From Ramazzottius varieornatus (taxonomy: Eukaryota > Animalia > Tardigrada): DNA of 64,000 nt. How positions within the stretch are numbered: the stretch's first letter is position 1; each line of letters opens with the position of its first letter. The notes under the pieces are model-generated. The model saw nothing but the letters and a program-made list of their open reading frames with translations. It was not told the DNA's origin and did not search any database. A program made the position numbers and the translations under genes. Positions 36,401-47,322 of this stretch are shown here, one piece after another. The stretch spans positions 1,598,597 to 1,662,596 of the forward strand of contig BDGG01000011.1 in NCBI GenBank assembly GCA_001949185.1, read 5' to 3'.

Positions 36401-37207
36401 CTGTAGGCCACGGCGTTGGACTTGTAATTCGGGGAAAACTGCCCATCAATCCTACAATCGTTAACGACCTCTCGACGTCAACCGAACGGCTTCAAGATGT
36501 AAGACCAAATGGGTTCTTAAATGGTGCATGACATACGTGTTAGTCAGGACGATGTCCGGTTGCCATACTTTATCCACAGGTAGGCGAAGGACCGACAGAC
36601 CGCCGTACTGTTCCGGGTCCCATTTGAGCCGATCATCTGTCCAAGTCTGGCAGAAGGAAGTACAGTAGGTCATTTGAGCATAAAATCGATACATAAATAG
36701 CTAAATGGAGGAACAAGGCCTGCGTGCTTAAATGACAACTGAAATGGAACAGCTTGTACTTAATGGTTAATACCATATCGAGATATCCATTTGTCTTCAT
36801 CACTTGGTCCTGATCGCTCTGCAACGCCACACATAAAGCTCACCCAATTCATCGGTTTATTGCCACATTTCAGAGGAATACGGTACTAGAAGCCAAAGGA
36901 AGGTTTGTAAGTTGAAAACGTACCACGTAGACCAGAATGTTCAATGTTATCCCGAAGGTGACGCGAACTGTCTGGTTCATTTCAGAGACCGGCCGGGAAA
37001 GCCGATCGTAGCCTTGGAAGAGCTCCTTGATCAGCCGGTCCTGCATTTCCGAGCAGACAACTAGAATACAAGACTGACTCGATATCGATATCCAGTTTTG
37101 AGAAAATTTCGCAGAAAGTTAAGCCGACCAACGATAGATTTGGCAGTGTCGTCCTTACTCGTACCCGTCTGCCATATGAAAAATGATGTCCATAATTTCC
37201 CTATCAT
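33417..37207 (-). CDS. Nicotinic acetylcholine receptor-like Cys-loop channel subunit, non-alpha (gene 2), 9 exons
   Basis: Exons 37207-37165, 37060-36924, 36818-36774, 36646-36537, 36451-36322, 35984-35543, 35416-35035, 33925-33763 and 33575-33417. Cys-loop [11 protein letters not shown]|[12 protein letters not shown] and [15 protein letters not shown]. No vicinal Cys. Confidence 0.93.
33949..34287. mobile_element. mariner-type MITE in an intron of nAChR-like gene 2 (TIR family shared with 20031-20426)
   Basis: TA|cgaggtaaacgacataatt ... aattatgtcgattacctcg|TA. Confidence 0.85.
34375..34943. mobile_element. mariner-type MITE in the same intron
   Basis: TIRs tcaggtcggtcgatatgactttgcg / cgcaaagtcatatcgaccgacctga, with TA flanks. 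Confidence 0.88.
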
Positions 37208-38467
37208 GATAGAATGTGACAACGGCAACCGGGAAAACTCTTTGCAAATCTTTCAGAGAATACACAGTGGAAAGCAATGTAGTGAACAAGTGGGGAGACG
37301 CGGAGTAAGATTCTCTTGTCAGCAAGGAAATTAGCTGTCAGGACGGGCAACTCTGTCGGTCACGGATCAACAGCAAACTTTGCGGCTTTGCATTTTAATG
37401 ACTGCCAATCTCCGATCGTCTCAATAAAGACCGCGGAAGACCGCTAGCTCGAATGTCATTGCAGGGGCATTATAGCCTCCTTTCCCGCTGTTGCCCCAGT
37501 CGAACGGGAAGAACAGGCAATGACGATGGGCGGACTTTACATGATGTCATGATCGACCCAGCCTTAACTTCCCTGATTGACTCAAGCGCCCAGTCCTATT
37601 CTAAAGGCTGGAAATGAGGTCTTGCTCCTTTTTCATATTACGGAAAACATAATCACACAAGGGCCTATTTTAATAGCCTGAAGCACTTGAAGGAGACGCA
37701 ACTGAGGACTAACCCGGGAAATGAGAACATGTCCAGACTGGAGAAATCAATGGGGAAGATGGAACATGAGAGAGTCCACATAAGTGGACGCGGAAATGGT
37801 GCATGTTAAGACAGACGTCTGTCCTGTTTGCCCTCGTCGACAGCTTAGAGATCCGTGTTTTACTTGCCCTGAAGAGGCCAAACAACCCCGCGATTGCTGC
37901 CCGCCAAACAAACGGGATCCACTTGCGTCAATATTTCTCTTTCAACTTTTCTATCCGACCCTGTCCCTATCTCCGTCTTCGCAAGGCAATAATTAATAAT
38001 TACTATTTGACGCTTAATACAGAATGTCGGAAGTATTAGAGCGCCGGTGACTGCATGGATCAACATATACATTAATCAGTGATGATAAACAAATTGTGAC
38101 TTTACTAATGATCACTGGCAGGCTGGTGTTTCCGACATTGTAGTGCTCGAGACTGACGATCAATCCTTTCTGGGCAATGGGCTTTCTCCTGCAAGTTGCA
38201 TTGTCATGCAAAATACTAATGGAATCTAGAAATTTCTTCGGTTAATCTGATCAGAACGAGTGTACGTGTTACACAAGGACCAGCGGAAAGATTCAAGGGT
38301 TCCACTGACCGAGATAGCGCCTCTTTCGCTGCCAGAAAGCCTTGTAGGCAGTAAAGGAAACAGTTGCTCACTGATCTGGTTGCCACAAGGCTTCCATGCA
38401 CCGCCTGAGGGCGCTATCTCTGCCACTAAAACACTTATAGTCCGTCCCAGCCAAGTTGATCCCTTAA

Positions 38468-38937
38468 CTATGGTCAGCCGCGCGACTCAAAAGTCCACAG
38501 TCCATTTACCGCGGTGAAATGTCTTTATCCGCGGGCACTTGTGCGGTGAAACTGACTTTGTCCGCTGGTAGATGCGGGGATAAAGTATTTCTCCGCGCAT
38601 GAAGTTTCTCCGCGCATCCACGCGCGGGTAAAGTCTATTTATCCGCGCACCCACCCGCGGACAACGTCGAGTTTTTCCGCGCGTACACCCGCGGACAAAG
38701 AGATTTTACAGCGCGTGCATGCGCGGATAAAGTCAGTTTCTCCGCGCATGTACCCGCGGATAAAGTCAGTTTATCCGCGCGGAAAAACTCGTTACTCCGC
38801 GCGTACACCCGCCGTGAAACTCTCGTCATAGTCCGCGGGTGGATGCGGAAAAAGTATTTCACCGCGCATGGAGTTTGTCCGCGCACGCACCCGCGGTAAA
38901 AGTACTGTGGACTTTTGAATCGCCCGGCTCACCATAC
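38468..38937. mobile_element. TTAA-flanked MITE filled with CCGCG(G)-rich subterminal repeats
   Basis: TTAA|ctatggtcagccgcgcgactcaaaagtccacagt ... actgtggacttttgaatcgcccggctcaccatac|TTAA. The interior consists of degenerate tccgcgca..c.cgcggataaagt units. Confidence 0.82.
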
Positions 38938-40044
38938 TTAACTTTAAGAGCTTAGTACGCTAGCAGCGCGATCCGAAGCTACTCTATTCCTATTTTAAAC
39001 GATTCCCCATTCAATTTTGTATTTACGAGACCGTAGTTCTTGGAGAAAACGAGACTTCTTGAGTTACAGTGAAAATCGAAATGACGGAGGGTCGAAAAAA
39101 ATCACGTCTCGACTGCGCGCTACCATCCATCAGCAAAAGTTGATATCTCAGTTGCACAAAATATTTTGTAAGGACGATGGAGTATCAAAATGAAACCCGA
39201 TAAATTGCCTGTCGAACAACGTTGATTTTAAGAAACATGAGACTAACTCTTCAAAATGACGTATAGTTCAACTGATGAGCGATTCGGAAGTGCCAGCACC
39301 TCAAACTTGGTTTTTGCTGCTCGCAAAACGGAAACCAAGTTTCTTGTCACACTGTGAAATAAACTTCGTCTGGTGAACGTGCGTTTCTGATTTTCTGGAG
39401 AGCGTTTTATACGCAAACTTTTCGCTCCTCTTCCCTTTCTCTTTGCAAAAAAATCTCGGGTCTACTTTTTATTCGATTTCTATTCCCAAACACAAGGAAC
39501 GCGCTCCAGTTTGAGACGCACACTAGCGACCACTTCCTGTCTGCACTGTTGGTATATGATTAGTTGATTAAAATAATTGCGCACAGCCCATACAACCGAT
39601 CCGCATGCTGATTATGCTGTAAACGGGAATTCGGTGTTTCCCCCTTATTCTTCCTAATCTGTGGTCGAGACGTGATTCTTATTTCAGATTATTCTCCTCA
39701 CGGTCTGTTTGATGAAGATACAAGTCTCGTCTGAATTTGCCCTTAGGGTTCAGAAAATTTAAAATGTTCTCCTGAACAATTTGGTCAGACCAGCTTTGGA
39801 CGCATTCTCGTATGAAGATACCCTTATTTCAAAATACGTTGAAGGGACTATACTACACACGAAAAAAAGTGGGAATTGATCGTGCCAAACTGAACTTTTT
39901 ATCGAAAGCTGTAGTACAAGGCAGCAACTTGGCTGGGAAAAAATGTAATTTTCCCGCTGACCTCTGTACGTGCGCAAGAAAACAGTCGGCTTCATATAGA
40001 GAGCTGCAAGGAGTTTTCGGAGTTCAAACTACGGTTTAGAAGTA

Positions 40045-40549
40045 CGAGGATCAGAGCCTAACTTTTCTAACTCGCCGAACTGGCGAGTACTTGTCTAACT
40101 GACATTTCTCTCGGTAGTCTTCCAACCAAAAATTGTCAAATTAATTCGCAAATTTGTCCCAACGCTTTGCTTCAGTCTGAAGTATCTTGAACCGGAAATA
40201 GGTGACAGATCGAGGCGGATATAATTCAGGAAGCAAGAACGTTTGAAGAGGGCTGGCGATATCAAGGAGCACGCTTTCTGCAGAAGGCGTAATGCAGGTC
40301 AGAATCAGCTGATCCAGTTAGCCACATATATGACGCAACAAGCGGAAATCACGCGGGGGTTACACAGCGTGCTTAAGACGCTAGGGCTGGTTTCTATTCA
40401 AAGTCAGAACGGTGAAAACTTTGCTAACTCTTGGTCGGTCGCCATATGGCGGTAGAACATGTTCAGCAGAATCAGACACATGGCCGCGCCGCCCGCAGCA
40501 TTTGAGTTAGCAAAGTATTCCCGTTAGAAAAGTAAGGCTCTGATCCTCG
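40045..40549. mobile_element. mariner-type MITE
   Basis: TA|cgaggatcagagccta.cttttctaac ... gttagaaaagtaaggctctgatcctcg|TA. Confidence 0.88.
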
Positions 40550-42087
40550 TACTGAGACTTCGATCTACACTTTGCGCTCCCGAAGATTCCCCTATTAACG
40601 ATTGTTCAAGTTCTAGAACACAAAACGCATCCCATTCGGTGATCACGGGGTCATAGGCCATTAATCAACGGTAACACAAGCCACGTGATAACCGGAAGGG
40701 ATTCGTTTTGTGCACTGTACCATGAATGCCGGCAGTCAGAAAGTTCGTGCCATGATCCGAACAGTAGGAGGTACACCCTTGACGAGTGGCGGTGAAACTC
40801 AGGGGTCCACCAACGAATTTCTGCTTGAGGGTCCGGCATTTGTTTCAGGGATCAACTGTTTTTTTGGGTGGGGGTGCACCTCTCCTGGCACGATCATGGC
40901 ACGAACTTCGTATGGCAAGCGGCATCCATGCACTGTGCATCGTTTCTCATCTTTAAAGGCAAAAAACACCCTATCTCCATATCGAACTGGAAAATTCGAG
41001 GAAATACCGCGATTAGAAAGTTCTTTGACTGCAAGCTTGTTCCGTACAATATCGATATCAAGAAACGTCGCGGTGGTGAACGGTTAGCAATTGCGTGTCG
41101 GTTTACGCTTTCCGCTCCATTTTGAGACATCTTTTCGCTCGAATTCCAACCAAAACTTACGAACCATTTCACGGGTATCAACCAAAAGTTGCTAAAAAAC
41201 AAAAAAAATAGCATGCTTGAGTGAGCTATAGTCCATGCAAACTAACCGGCTTCGTAACCCCGACTTCCGACTTGAAAATAAATTTATAATTTTTTAAAGC
41301 CTGCTGAGCACAGTAAAACTAACCTCGGATTGATTTACACCGAATATTTTGCGGGAGGATTATTTGCCGCGGAGTATTCTGACAGCCTGTAAAGAGCGTA
41401 CCTCGGCAACGAAGCACTCGTGCTGAATCAGCACGAACACTTCACGTACTTCTAGAACTTTCTCTTTCCTTCTGCGTCGCTGTCAAAGTATATAAACCGA
41501 CTGATCAGTAACAGTCGGGGCTCTTTTTTTCCTTTCCTTCTCTTGAGACCTAGCATTACTAATAAAGAAAACTCTCCCCAGTCAGTTCCCTTTTGATCCT
41601 AATTCCTTCTTCATCGACCGACCTTGTAGGGTTCTTGTCTAGCCAGTGGAGGCTTTACAAACCCTTTCAAATTTCAAATTATATCGCCTGCAATACGGAC
41701 ATGCTAGGTCCAGTTTTCATTTGAGGATAATTTTTGTACAAACCAACGGATACGCTTTCCCAACAAATCTCTACGGAAACAAGATGGAAGCGAGTTGTAC
41801 CAGAATTTCACACAGTTAGGTCTGGTCTGCGTACTGAGTTGTTTGCGGCACGGACAAGCTCTCTCCATTTAGGTTGCAAAATGTTTTCGATCTTATCCTA
41901 CGTCACACTGACAGCCGCCTTTTGCTTTGTGATGCAGCAGGTTTGAAAAACGATCAGAGTACCCTGCTCACTGCCAGCGCAGCCGATTCTTTTATTTCTG
42001 CCAATCTCTTGCGGCTGATGCCAGACGCGGATAATGCTGAACCCAACGTTTCATTTACAATCAGTTTCGTCTCAGCCGACAAATTTG

Positions 42088-42610
42088 CGTGTCAGGAGCG
42101 TCCCAGAGGCATACTTTTGTCGTAAAAATCTGCCTAATAAAAAAGTAATCGAACTTTGGACCTGACGTCACGACTGGGGTCGTCGACTCCGGTCGGTCTA
42201 TAAGGCTCGTCCAGGTACCTGCGTAAAACGTGCCGAAAGGTTTTTCCACTCAGAAATAACAGGGGGCAGTAAGCTTGACACCGGAGCATTAGACAGAGCA
42301 TCTGAGCTCGTTTTACCATACTTCATGGACAAATATTAGAAACTAAAGGACTTTTCATCGACCGAATATGGTCAGAACTGCTCGAATGCTTCTAACTAAT
42401 CGCCTAGTGTCAATGTGTCCGCGCTAGATGTGCTCCCTGGTACTTCTGAGTGGAGATCCCTTCGGCGCGTTTTGTGCAGGTACCGGGACAAGCCGTTTGT
42501 ACCGACCGGAGCCGACGACTCGAGTCGTGACGTCAGGCCCAAAGTCCGAATACTTTTTCATTAGGCAGATTTGTACGACAAAAGTATGCCTATGGGAAGC
42601 GCCTGGCACG
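42088..42610. mobile_element. Fold-back / long-TIR element with diverged arms of about 165 bp
   Basis: 42093-42255 is the reverse complement of about 42444-42605 (aggcatacttttgtcgta.aaatctgcctaat.aaaaagta...tgacgtcacgact...ccactcagaa). No clear TSD. Confidence 0.78.
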
Positions 42611-44002
42611 TGTTTATATTGCTGATGTTTTACGCACTAAGCTCTATTCCATCTACGGACAAGCATCTTTTCCTTGCTGGCCACGCAACCGTTCATCGTG
42701 TTTCGAATCTAGAACGGCCACGGTTTGTGTTCTGATTCTTGGGTCTACGTGGCCGTTTCAGAACGTTTAAATCAGCTCTTGATCATCTCTCTACCGCAGA
42801 AGATTAGATGACTCAAAATCAAAAAATGCAGTACGTTCGTGCATCGCGAAAAATTCAGCTTGGCACTTCCTATTACCAGCAGACGTCTCGCTGACGGAAA
42901 GAATATCCAGAGCAGATCTCGGTTTTGCATGATGCAGCGTACGCGAAAATTAACCGTGAAAAATGAACGTGACAGTCAACCTCGAGGTTAATTACGATGA
43001 GCCAATGCCAGCTTCTGGTTTACAGCATACGCAAATTTTACTGGCTACTGCCATCTGGCTCCATCCAATACCCATTTTCAACGGACATTATACATGCTAC
43101 GCGTACATTATACATGCTACGACGTAAACTGGGTAAGGTCAAACAGAATGAACAGAAGGATCCGGAAAGTAATCACAGTAGAAGCCATCGAGCAAGAAAA
43201 AATTATTAGAAACCTTACGTTCTTAACGAAAACTCGGACAAACGTTCAAACAAAATAATAGAAAAACTACTTCGGGATGTGAAACTCACTTTTCGAAGAA
43301 CTTAATATTCCGACTTGAATTTTGAAAGCTAGGAATAGAAGAGTTTTTGGACGACACCACTTTTCCAACAGTTAGTTTGACCATTTGTTCAAGGCTTTCG
43401 TTGGAAACGCATGGTTAGTATTCACCGAATCTGCACCCAGTCCTAGTTTTTCTTTTCTGTACGATATAAGCAAAAGAGAACATTGGTGGCTTTTACCTAT
43501 AGACTCCAAGACCAAACGTGAACATTGTTCGCGCAAGCTATCTGATAAGGATGTATTGGTATGACGAACGTACCCAATAGGGCTTGCTCAAGCACCCGAA
43601 ATTGTTGGGAGACGTACTGAAAAAGCAGCACATAGTACTTCCTGCAGAAGATGTTTGGACGCCGATGGTCACCTTGTGGAACAGGTAAGCCCTTTTCAGT
43701 ACGAGGAGAAAGGCCAAGCATTGCTCACGGGCGCACTTTGATGAGCCAAGTTTCAAGGGTAGCGCTGCTTCTTGCGAATCCGGAACAAACCAGCTGGCAG
43801 CGAAGCAGAAGTACAGTAGCAGGGTTCTGGCCAGTCCAAATTCACTTCAGGCTTTGATTCAACGATTAAAAACTCCAGCACACAAAATCTGCATGCCCCG
43901 GCAATAGTCAAGGAAATCGCTATATCACCACAGCGTCGAAGGGCACTTGTCGAAAACATTTTCTCGATCAGTTTTGAAAAGTGGTGTCATGTTGTGGTGC
44001 TA

Positions 44003-44086
44003 CAATGCGTCATGCTTCCCTACTGGTGGTCATGTGGTGCTTGTCACCGTTATCGGACCACCAGTACGGAAGCATAAGACGCATTG
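44003..44086. repeat. Short hairpin (stem of about 30 bp)
   Basis: caatgcgtcatgcttccctactggtggtc ... gaccaccagtacggaagcataagacgcattg. Confidence 0.75.
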
Positions 44087-44859
44087 AACAAGGTGCACAG
44101 ACCACTTGAACACCGACCGCAATAAAGTCTGGGCGCGCGCCATACCCCGCATTTCGACAATATATGTAGTTATGAAAGGTGCCGAAACCGGCAAAAATTT
44201 GAACTGTAGTTACGGTCGTGAGCTATGGGCACCCATGGCTTTCCTTTGCTTCTTTGTATCTTCTGAACCGTGTAATCTAGCTGAGGCAATTCAAACAGTA
44301 TCCTGTAGAAGACAGCTGAAACGTGTCGATCACGGGACAATCCAGTGAACTATTCGATCAATCAACCGAAGAGCAATGACGGGCGGACAGTAAAATAAGG
44401 GTCATATTTGGCTGTCTATCTCCCGTCACGTGACGGGTTTGAGTGAAACTCTAAGCAGCCACAATGGAGCACACACATCGGTCTACGTACAGCAAAAGGG
44501 ATCCGACAATTTTCCGGCCGAGCGAAGCAAGGTCTTTATAAGTCTGTCACGTTTTCAATAGACGATTCGAATGTTCAGTCATGGCCTTATCGAAAACTCA
44601 GCACTGCAAGCAGTGCGCGGCTTGACCCGGGTGCAAATTTCCTTGCCAAGTGACCCAAGTCTACTGTCTACCACGGCGATCCGGATCACGATCTGTGCTG
44701 GATGGGCGATTTTCTTAACTGTCTTATAGGACCACCGAAGATTGGCGCTGTATTTGCTGACCGTTCTCTGCTTTAGATGTTTCGTTGAGAAAATCACCCG
44801 GCCAACGCTGATCTCGCTGGTACAGAATGCGTCCAACGCCTCCATCCTTTCAATAGCTA

Positions 44860-45631
44860 CTGTGTTCCCTCTAGAGTTCTGCGCAGTCACGTGACACGCC
44901 CGTGGAATCACTTGACGGGGCTAAGCATTTCAGTGCACTTAAACAACGATTATTCGCCAATCAAGTTCAGCGATGGGCGGCAGTCAGTATATCAGGCCCG
45001 GGAAATACACCCCGTTTAAGCAAACTTGCTGCCACCTGCAACTTCGACGTATAGAAAATACAGATTGCTGCTCTTCCTCTCATTCCCACATACTATCATA
45101 CAACTTTACAAGCAGCTTTTAGCGAGCTGTCGCTGGATAACATAGGTTGAGAGATGGTTCCGAAAAATAGGTTCGAACGACTTCCGGTGGGGAAGACTTA
45201 TATTCACGAGCAAAAAATTGTCTCTGGAGTTCCATCTGTGAGTAACAACCTCCAATTCGATTTCGGTAAACGAAAAGATACATAGGCTGTTACCAAAAAC
45301 TTATTCTGCACGGAAAAACTGCAGAACCTCAAGCCGAAGTTGAAGAAACTGTTTTTGAAAATACCCTTAAAGATTTCGAAAGTTTGAGTATTTTTCGCTC
45401 TTCACCACGTCTAGTTTATTGTCGATTCTGACTTCTTTTAAACAGATTCCCGGGCCAGTAATTTTTCTTGCGATAGTCAATAAGATGTTGAATCGCTGAA
45501 AACTGGTTACGAAGTTGCGCGATTATCCCATCGAGGACGGCTTGAATTAATAGGTGGTAGCAAGTTTGGTTGAACAGGCTGTACTTCACTGGCGTGATAA
45601 CGTTCTGCGCAGAACCTTGGAGGGAACGGCG
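44860..45631. mobile_element. Older relative of the 20580-20785 MITE family with extra internal sequence
   Basis: TA|ctgtgttccctctagagttctgcgcagtcacgtgaca and a degenerate right end ctgcgcagaaccttggagggaac. The internal segment at about 45150-45290 recurs at about 53195-53330. Confidence 0.55.
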
Positions 45632-45637
45632 GGGCAC

Positions 45638-47142
45638 GTTTTCCTCTAATTTCAGTTCCCCCTAAACGCAGATCCGAAGGACCTCGAAGTAGAAGAACTG
45701 TATTCCCTAAATTCTTCGTCCTCGAACAGCACCTCCTCCTAAAATATGTTCATGTTCCCCAGAAGCTTCAAACCCGAAGAGCCACGGCTTCGAATATCTC
45801 CGGCTTCGAACAGGCACGAACCCTATTGCCTTCGGCTTCAATGAACTATTTTCCCTAAAACCGGTCTTCTATGTTTCGCACTGGCACGGCGACTGTTCGT
45901 AAATCCAACACTCGAAATATTCAGGCCATTTACCGTGATACTTTTGATCACGGAACCAGCTCTCATTAATTCAATGTTCATTAATTAATCGGCATTGTCA
46001 CTACACACTGACACGGTTCGAAACAAAGTACCGCCCACTGAAAGAATCCGAGGCTTGGCCCAGAGCCGGTTTATCGATCGAATCGGTGCGTCTCGCGCCA
46101 AACAGACAAGTCGCGACACTTCCATGCATCTTTCGGTTTGTGCTGTTTCTGAATTGTTACCGAAATCCTTTGCAAAGAATCAAGAGCTCTTCCAACGTTT
46201 GTCAGAAATTTTTTCCAGTGTAGAGTCGGTGTGCGACAGAAGTGACAACCCCTACCATGACCAACGAGTATTTACGGCATTATGGTGGCTCCGGGGGAAA
46301 CAGCTTCCGTTTCCGTTCCCAGCAACAGCCCTACTCTGGTGAAATTCATCAAGTCATCCAGAGGAGGAAATTTCGCCGTTTTCGGAAGCTACACCTATAC
46401 CAAGAATCGAAATTTACCTCATGATCGAACCTACTGGAACTGTGGGAAGAAGGAAAGTCATGGCTGCAAGGGAACAATTACCTTGGATTGCTCAAACAGC
46501 GTCGTGTCATCGGCTGAACACAACCATGTACCCAATGTGAACGAGGCGAAGGCGGAAGACATCAAGGCGAGTTTACGGGAACGGGCCAGGAAGAGCTTGA
46601 CCAAACCTCGGCGACTTCTCAGCGATCTTGTTCAGAGTATGCCGACAGAGGTAGCTGGCTATCTCCCATCCGCGAATACTCCGACAAGACCTGCATTGGT
46701 GTCTGATTGCTTCGACTTGCCTACTTAGACTGAGTTTCCTGTTGGCTCTTTTCTCCATAACGGTTTTCGAAATTGATCAGTTAGTTTTTGGTCTCGATTT
46801 TTCTGGTTCGTCAGTGTACCTGAAAAATTATGTAAGCATTTAGGTCGAGATATCTTTTCGGTAAGTGGACTTTAATTGTAATAGTAATTGTTGGAGAAGT
46901 CGGGAAATATTCATTACGGTTCGTGGTGCAATGCTTTTAGGGGAAAGTGTTCGTCGGGGAAACAGGTCTTCGAGGGAGGGGCTCTTCGGGTACAAGACTG
47001 TTAGGAGAAAGCGTTCTTCGAAGCAGCCCGTGATTTTTAGGGGAAAGAGTTCTTCGCCTCCGTGGCTGTTAGTTTCGCAAGTTAGAGGAAAGAGTAAGTT
47101 ATGGAAAAGTGTTACAGTATTAGTGTTCCTGGACCGGTATCG
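45638..47142 (+). mobile_element. Mutator (MULE)-like remnant with a FLYWCH zinc finger
   Basis: ORF 46282-46728: KFIKSSRGG...SYTY...TYWNC..K...CKG...EHNH (FLYWCH pattern), truncated before any DDE domain. Ends are rich in cccctaaa / ttttagggg subterminal motifs in inverted orientation. Confidence 0.75.
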
Positions 47143-47322
47143 ATCATCAAAAAAATTACATACTGTGTTCTCTCCGGTACCGGTCCAGGAACACTAATAC
47201 CACTTTCCCCTAACTTACTCTTTCCTCTAACTTGCGAACCCAACAGCCACGGAGGCGAAGAACTCTTTCCCCTAAAAATCACGGGCTGCTCCGAAAAACG
47301 CTTTTTCCTAACAGCCTTGTAC
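46990..47322. repeat. Inverted repeat of about 150 bp with a short spacer (MULE right end abutting a second left end)
   Basis: gtacaagactgttagg...gttcctggaccggta ... taccggtccaggaac...cctaacagccttgtac. Confidence 0.85.

Noticed and set aside
29272-37207. Calling the channels alpha subunits or assigning a gene symbol
   Set aside because: There are no vicinal cysteines in loop C, and orthology cannot be determined by eye.
38500-38900. CRISPR-like regularly spaced repeats
   Set aside because: The units are degenerate, lack unique spacers, lie between TIRs, and no cas genes are present. The context is eukaryotic.
38990-39760. Possible old MITE (cacgtctcgac / gtcgagacgtg inverted motifs)
   Set aside because: The termini and TSD could not be defined.
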